From Atribacterota bacterium (GTDB taxonomy: Bacteria > Atribacterota > Phoenicimicrobiia > Phoenicimicrobiales > Stramentimicrobiaceae): 64,000 nt of DNA. Of the stretch, positions 59,656 to 64,000 are shown one piece after another. The number at the start of each line of letters is the position of its first letter. Position 1 is the first letter of the stretch. The translations under genes were made by a program, and so were the position numbers. The stretch covers positions 64,001 to 128,000 of the forward strand of contig JAXGNR010000007.1 of assembly GCA_040767965.1 (NCBI GenBank), written 5' to 3'. Under the pieces are notes generated by a model. That model did not search any database. It was not told where the DNA came from and saw only the letters and a program-made list of their open reading frames with translations.

Positions 59656-61842
59656 ATGTCACGTATAGTTGTTGTTTCAAATCGACTCCCGGTAACTGTA
59701 AAAAAAACGGGCAATAAGTTTTCATTTCAGCAAAGTGTTGGTGGCTTAGCTACTGGAATGTCTTCTTTTCAAGAAGACTACCAATGCTTATGGGTGGGAT
59801 GGCCGGGATTATCGACAGAACTGATTAATAATAATGAGAAACAGGAATTAATTGAAAAAATGGATCAATTGGGAAGTTATCCTGTTTTTTTATCCCAATC
59901 ACATATAGAAGATTATTATAATGGTTTTTGCAATAGGACTATCTGGCCTCTTTTTCATTGCTTTAATCAGCTTACTGAATATGATAACCATCTTTGGGAA
60001 TCATATAAAAAAGTAAACAATATTTTCTGTCAAACAATTCTGGATGTAGCACAGCCTGGGGATTTAATCTGGGTTCATGATTATCACCTTCTATTACTTC
60101 CTCAATTGTTACGCAAAAGAAGACCTGACTTAACAATAGGATTTTTCCTGCATATTCCTTTTCCTCCAACTGAAATCTTTCGCCTTATCCCATGGAGAAG
60201 AGAGATATTAGAAGGTTTGATGGGTTCTGATTTAATTGGTTTTCATACCTATGACTATGTTCGCAATTTCCTTGATTCTATTTTAAGATTAAGAGGATAT
60301 GAAAATAGTCTGGGAAATATTAATTATCAAAACCGAATGATAAAAGTTGATTCTTTCCCTATGGGGATAGATTTTGATCTATTCCATAATTCATCTGAAC
60401 AAAAACAAACTAAACAAGAAATAGAAAAAATTAAAAATAATGTTAATACTGATAAAATAATTATCTCGGTTGATAGGCTAGATTATTCAAAAGGCATACT
60501 TGAAAGATTAGAAGCCTTTGCTACTTTTTTAGAAGAAAACCCTGAGTACTGGGAAAAAGTTACTATGATACTGGTTGCGGTCCCTTCCCGCACCGGTGTT
60601 CCCCAGTATCAAAAATTAAAACATCAGGTTGATGAAAAGATTGGTCATATCAATGGTAAATTCGGAAAATTAGGGTGGACCCCTATTTCATATCTTTATC
60701 GTGCTTTACCTTTCCACGAATTAACTGCTTTATACTATTTAGCAGATGTTGCTTTAATAACTCCTTTAAAAGATGGCATGAATCTTATTGCAAAAGAGTA
60801 TATTGCTACAAAAAAAGATAATACAGGAGTATTGATTTTAAGCGAAATGGCAGGAGCAGGCAATGAGATGGGAGAGGCTTTAATCGTAAATCCTAATAAC
60901 CGTACTCAAATTTCATGGGCAATAAAGTACGCTTTAAATATGAATAAAAATGAGCAGGAAAAAAGAATTACAGTTTTACAGAAAAGATTAAAAGAATATG
61001 ATGTAAAAAAATGGGCTGAAGATTTTAAAGAGAACCTGTTAAAAATAAAAAACCTGCAAAGAAAGCTATCAGCAAGGTTCTTATCTCCTCAAAGCAGATT
61101 AAATATAATAAAAAAATACAAACAAAGCAAACAAAGATTATTTTTAATTGATTATGACGGCACACTTGTTCCAGGCCATTTTCGATTCAAGCAAATAAAC
61201 CCTTCACAGGATGTTATTAATACTGTGAAAATGTTGAATAAAGATCCAAAAAATAAAATTGTTATTGTAAGTGGAAGAGAAAAGCATTTTTTGGAAGAAT
61301 GGTTTCAAAATGTAAATGTAGATTTTATAGCTGAACATGGAGCCTGGCTAAAAAAAGATAATTCAAGCTGGCAAACAGCTGAGCCTTTAAGAAAAGAATG
61401 GAAAGAGGAAATTAAACCAATTTTAGAACTATACACTAATCGTACTCCTAATTCTTTCGTGCAAGAAAAAGAATTTTCTTTAGTCTGGCACTATATCAAT
61501 ACAGATCCGGCTTTTGGAAGAATTCGAGCAATGGAGCTGATGGATTCATTAACATATCTTACCTCAAATCTCAGTTTAGAAATATATCATGGCGAAAAAG
61601 TAATAGAAATTAAACCAACAGGAATTAACAAAGGACTTAGTGCTTGTAGATGGGTTTCAGAAAAAAAATGGGATTTTATTTTAGCAATTGGTGATGACTG
61701 GTCTGATGAAATTACTTTTTCATGTTTACCTAATTCTGCATACTCAATAAAAGTAGGTTCAGGAATATCCGGATCAAAATATAATATACATTCCTCAACC
61801 GAAGTTCGTGCCTTATTAAAAGAACTGGCCAAGAAATCCTAA
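59656..61842 (+). CDS. Bifunctional trehalose-6-phosphate synthase/phosphatase (OtsA-OtsB fusion)
   Basis: GT20 motifs VSNRLP, GGLA, WVHDYHL, FLHIPFP, DRLDYSKG, DGMNLIAKE; HAD motifs DYDGTL, SGR, NKG, GDDWSDE; ATG 59656 after AAGGAGG. Confidence 0.93.
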   Translation: MSRIVVVSNRLPVTVKKTGNKFSFQQSVGGLATGMSSFQEDYQCLWVGWPGLSTELINNNEKQELIEKMDQLGSYPVFLSQSHIEDYYNGFCNRTIWPLFHCFNQLTEYDNHLWESYKKVNNIFCQTILDVAQPGDLIWVHDYHLLLLPQLLRKRRPDLTIGFFLHIPFPPTEIFRLIPWRREILEGLMGSDLIGFHTYDYVRNFLDSILRLRGYENSLGNINYQNRMIKVDSFPMGIDFDLFHNSSEQKQTKQEIEKIKNNVNTDKIIISVDRLDYSKGILERLEAFATFLEENPEYWEKVTMILVAVPSRTGVPQYQKLKHQVDEKIGHINGKFGKLGWTPISYLYRALPFHELTALYYLADVALITPLKDGMNLIAKEYIATKKDNTGVLILSEMAGAGNEMGEALIVNPNNRTQISWAIKYALNMNKNEQEKRITVLQKRLKEYDVKKWAEDFKENLLKIKNLQRKLSARFLSPQSRLNIIKKYKQSKQRLFLIDYDGTLVPGHFRFKQINPSQDVINTVKMLNKDPKNKIVIVSGREKHFLEEWFQNVNVDFIAEHGAWLKKDNSSWQTAEPLRKEWKEEIKPILELYTNRTPNSFVQEKEFSLVWHYINTDPAFGRIRAMELMDSLTYLTSNLSLEIYHGEKVIEIKPTGINKGLSACRWVSEKKWDFILAIGDDWSDEITFSCLPNSAYSIKVGSGISGSKYNIHSSTEVRALLKELAKKS

Positions 61843-61860
61843 AAGATATTGAAAGTTAAA

Positions 61861-61906
61861 ATTATTAAAGGGAGAGTTTTAATCTTCTATCTCTCCCTTT
61901 AATAAT
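61861..61906. terminator. Bidirectional terminator between convergent genes
   Basis: ATTATTAAAGGGAGAG...CTCTCCCTTTAATAAT perfect inverted repeat. Confidence 0.75.
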
Positions 61907-61942
61907 AATATTTCTTCTTAATTTCGCTACTTTTCTATTTAT

Positions 61943-62998
61943 TTAGGCTATCTCTATTTCCTTACACAGGTATACATCCTGAATAGCATGGAATATTTTA
62001 ATACCTTCATCCATTGGCTTTTGGAAGGTTTTCCTGCCGGAAATAACTCCCATTCCCCCCGCTCTTTTATTGATAATAGATGTTTTTACAGCTTGCTGCA
62101 AATCGTTTTTTCCTGATGACCCACCAGAATTTATTAATCCAATTCTGCCCATAAAACAATTAACTACCTGAAAACGGGTAAGGTCTATGGGGTTGTCTGT
62201 GGTTAATTTTTCATATACCAGAGGGCTTGTTTGGCCAAAATTAAGAGCATTGTAACCACCATTATTAGTGGGTTGTTTTTGTTTTATTAAATCTGCTTCA
62301 ATGGTTGCTCCCAGATAATTTGCCTGTCCGGTCAGATCTGCTGAAGAATGATAATCTATACCGTCTTTTTTGAAAGCAGAATTTCTTAAATAACACCATA
62401 ATACAGTAAACATTCCCAGTTGATGGGCATGCATGAAAGCTGAAGAAACTTCTTCAATCTGTTCTCGGGATTCATCTGAACCAAAATAAATGGTTGCACC
62501 TACTCCGCGTGCCCCCATATCATAAGCCTGTTCTACTGAAGCAAACATTCTTTGATCATAATAGTTAGGATAAGATAATAATTCATTATGGTTCAATTTT
62601 ACAATAAAAGGAATTTTGTCTGCATATTTCTTTGACACCATACCAAGCACCCCTAAAGTGGAGGCTACTGCATTACACCCTCCTTCAATAGCTAGTTTAA
62701 CTATATTTTCCGGATCAAAATAAATAGGGTTCGGTGCAAAAGATGCACCTGCAGAATGCTCTACTCCCTGGTCTACAGGCAGTATAGACAGATAACCTGT
62801 TCCTTTTAATCTACCGGTATTAAAAAGAGCTTCCAGGTTTTGCTTTACTTGAGAAGATCGATCAGAAATTCCAAAAATACGATCTACAAAATCAGGACCA
62901 GGCAGATTTAAATTATTCTTTGGAATTGTGTTACATTTATGCTCTAGTAATAAATTATTATCTTCTCCCAAAATGTTCTTTATTTCATTATAATTCAT
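61943..62998 (-). CDS. fbaB: Class I fructose-bisphosphate aldolase (DhnA/FbaB type)
   Basis: [58 protein letters not shown]. Confidence 0.95.
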   Translation of the reverse strand: MNYNEIKNILGEDNNLLLEHKCNTIPKNNLNLPGPDFVDRIFGISDRSSQVKQNLEALFNTGRLKGTGYLSILPVDQGVEHSAGASFAPNPIYFDPENIVKLAIEGGCNAVASTLGVLGMVSKKYADKIPFIVKLNHNELLSYPNYYDQRMFASVEQAYDMGARGVGATIYFGSDESREQIEEVSSAFMHAHQLGMFTVLWCYLRNSAFKKDGIDYHSSADLTGQANYLGATIEADLIKQKQPTNNGGYNALNFGQTSPLVYEKLTTDNPIDLTRFQVVNCFMGRIGLINSGGSSGKNDLQQAVKTSIINKRAGGMGVISGRKTFQKPMDEGIKIFHAIQDVYLCKEIEIA

Positions 62999-63089
62999 AT
63001 TTGGCCTCCATTATAATTAAATTATTTTATTTATATAAACACACATAAAAATAATTCATTCCAATTTCTTAAACTAAGATTATTATTTT

Positions 63090-63704
63090 TTATAGAAATT
63101 GAAAGAATCTTATCAGCTGAGCAATATTGGTAATTTCCACAACTTGCCAGTAATTTCCCATATTTACCATATTGATCTCAACCAAAAAATTAACATCATT
63201 TTTTTCATCATAATAGGTCAACCCAACTTCTGCCTGGTCATTCTTTATATTTGTATAATTAATGGTTTGATGATCCCATTTTCCCGGGTCTATTCTTTCT
63301 TTAATAATTTTTATGATAAAAGAGGAAATAGAGTTTTCTTCCTCAGAAGAAGCGTTTTGCCAGTTTCCAGTGGAAACATAATTAATAATTTCGCCTTTTA
63401 TTATTTCTTTAATATTTGGTTTTATTACTGAAAGCAAACTTCCGGTAATTTCATTTCGTATTTTATCCCATGTATTATCATTTTTTTCCTCTGGAGAGGT
63501 GTAATATTGCCATGCTTGAACTATAATACCATCTACAAAATTATCTAAATCAAGATATTTTTGAAAAGACCTTACATCCTGTTCTGAAATAGATTTATCT
63601 AGTTGCTGCAAAGAGTATTGGGGAGAAGAGATTATTCTCCAAAATATAAAAACAGAAATAACCAGTATAAGTAATAAAACAAAAATATAAGGCCATTTTT
63701 TCAT
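63090..63704 (-). CDS. Membrane-anchored hypothetical protein (DUF2939-like)
   Basis: N-terminal TM followed by SPQYSL...D...F.KY.D and C-terminal WQVVEI. Confidence 0.55.
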   Translation of the reverse strand: MKKWPYIFVLLLILVISVFIFWRIISSPQYSLQQLDKSISEQDVRSFQKYLDLDNFVDGIIVQAWQYYTSPEEKNDNTWDKIRNEITGSLLSVIKPNIKEIIKGEIINYVSTGNWQNASSEEENSISSFIIKIIKERIDPGKWDHQTINYTNIKNDQAEVGLTYYDEKNDVNFLVEINMVNMGNYWQVVEITNIAQLIRFFQFL

Positions 63705-63762
63705 TTAGTACTCCTATACACCTTTCTTAAGAAAGAATATTATAAATTTTTAGAATAAACAG

Positions 63763-64000
63763 TTAAGAATTTTTCTCTATGCGGGCTGCACAAATTTTAA
63801 GTTCCGGTATTTTAGCAATTGGATCCAGGGCAGCGTTGGTAAGTATGTTGGCAGCTGCTTCTTCAAAATGAAATGGTACAAATATTAAACCTGGACTAAC
63901 TTTATGTGTTATATGTGCTTTAATACTTATTTCTCCCCTTCTGGTAATAATCTTAACCATTTCTTTATCTTCTATGTTTAGCATTTCTGCATCTTCTTTT
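63763..64000 (-). CDS. C-terminal molybdopterin dinucleotide-binding domain of a formate dehydrogenase alpha-like subunit (5' part outside window)
   Basis: TRRGEI...VSPGLIFVPFHF...ANILT...LDPIAKIPELKICA. Confidence 0.85.
   Translation of the reverse strand, partial: KEDAEMLNIEDKEMVKIITRRGEISIKAHITHKVSPGLIFVPFHFEEAAANILTNAALDPIAKIPELKICAARIEKNS

Noticed and set aside
358-63431. Many short ORF-track entries antisense to or overlapping real genes (e.g. 358-609, 1078-1389, 8369-8845, 20392-20706, 29213-29674, 58927-59316, 63099-63431)
   Set aside because: Shadow frames of well-supported CDSs with no recognisable motifs
1-64000. CRISPR array, tRNA, rRNA, prophage or defence genes
   Set aside because: No regularly spaced repeats, cloverleaf/rRNA-like segments or phage/defence motifs were found by eye; the long repeats are explained by tctC/tctA paralogy

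Overview
A low-GC, housekeeping and catabolic stretch of an anaerobic bacterium. Gene content resembles Atribacterota (JS1/OP9), but that is inference only. The left half (1-33.5 kb) is a carboxylate/sugar-acid uptake and catabolism region with three tripartite tricarboxylate transporter (TctABC) clusters and five TctC binding-protein genes, one of them frameshifted in its signal peptide. It also holds two RraA/HMG-aldolase-family genes, an IlvD-family dehydratase, a GarR-like reductase, a HOGA-like aldolase, an Ldh_2 oxidoreductase, an SDR and an AbgB-like amidohydrolase. Embedded in it are a polyamine operon with two tandem SpeD-fold genes plus speE, deoD, a complete ISLre2-family IS with a 9-bp target duplication, and an ECF sigma/membrane partner pair. 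The right half has MacAB-type and MarR/MATE efflux genes, a glutamate dehydrogenase, peptidases, msrA and a transketolase/dehydrogenase/FGGY kinase/MoaD cluster. It ends with an alpha-glucoside ABC importer divergent from a fused trehalose-6-phosphate synthase/phosphatase, fbaB and the end of a formate dehydrogenase alpha gene. Top signals: (1) an unannotated ykkC-motif riboswitch with subtype-2 (ppGpp/PRPP-like) features controlling gdh, with a long insertion; (2) a probable pyruvoyl-dependent ornithine/arginine decarboxylase in the spe operon; (3) recurrent start-codon-less Shine-Dalgarno motifs 5' and strong hairpins 3' of binding-protein genes. No rRNA, tRNA or CRISPR array was seen.
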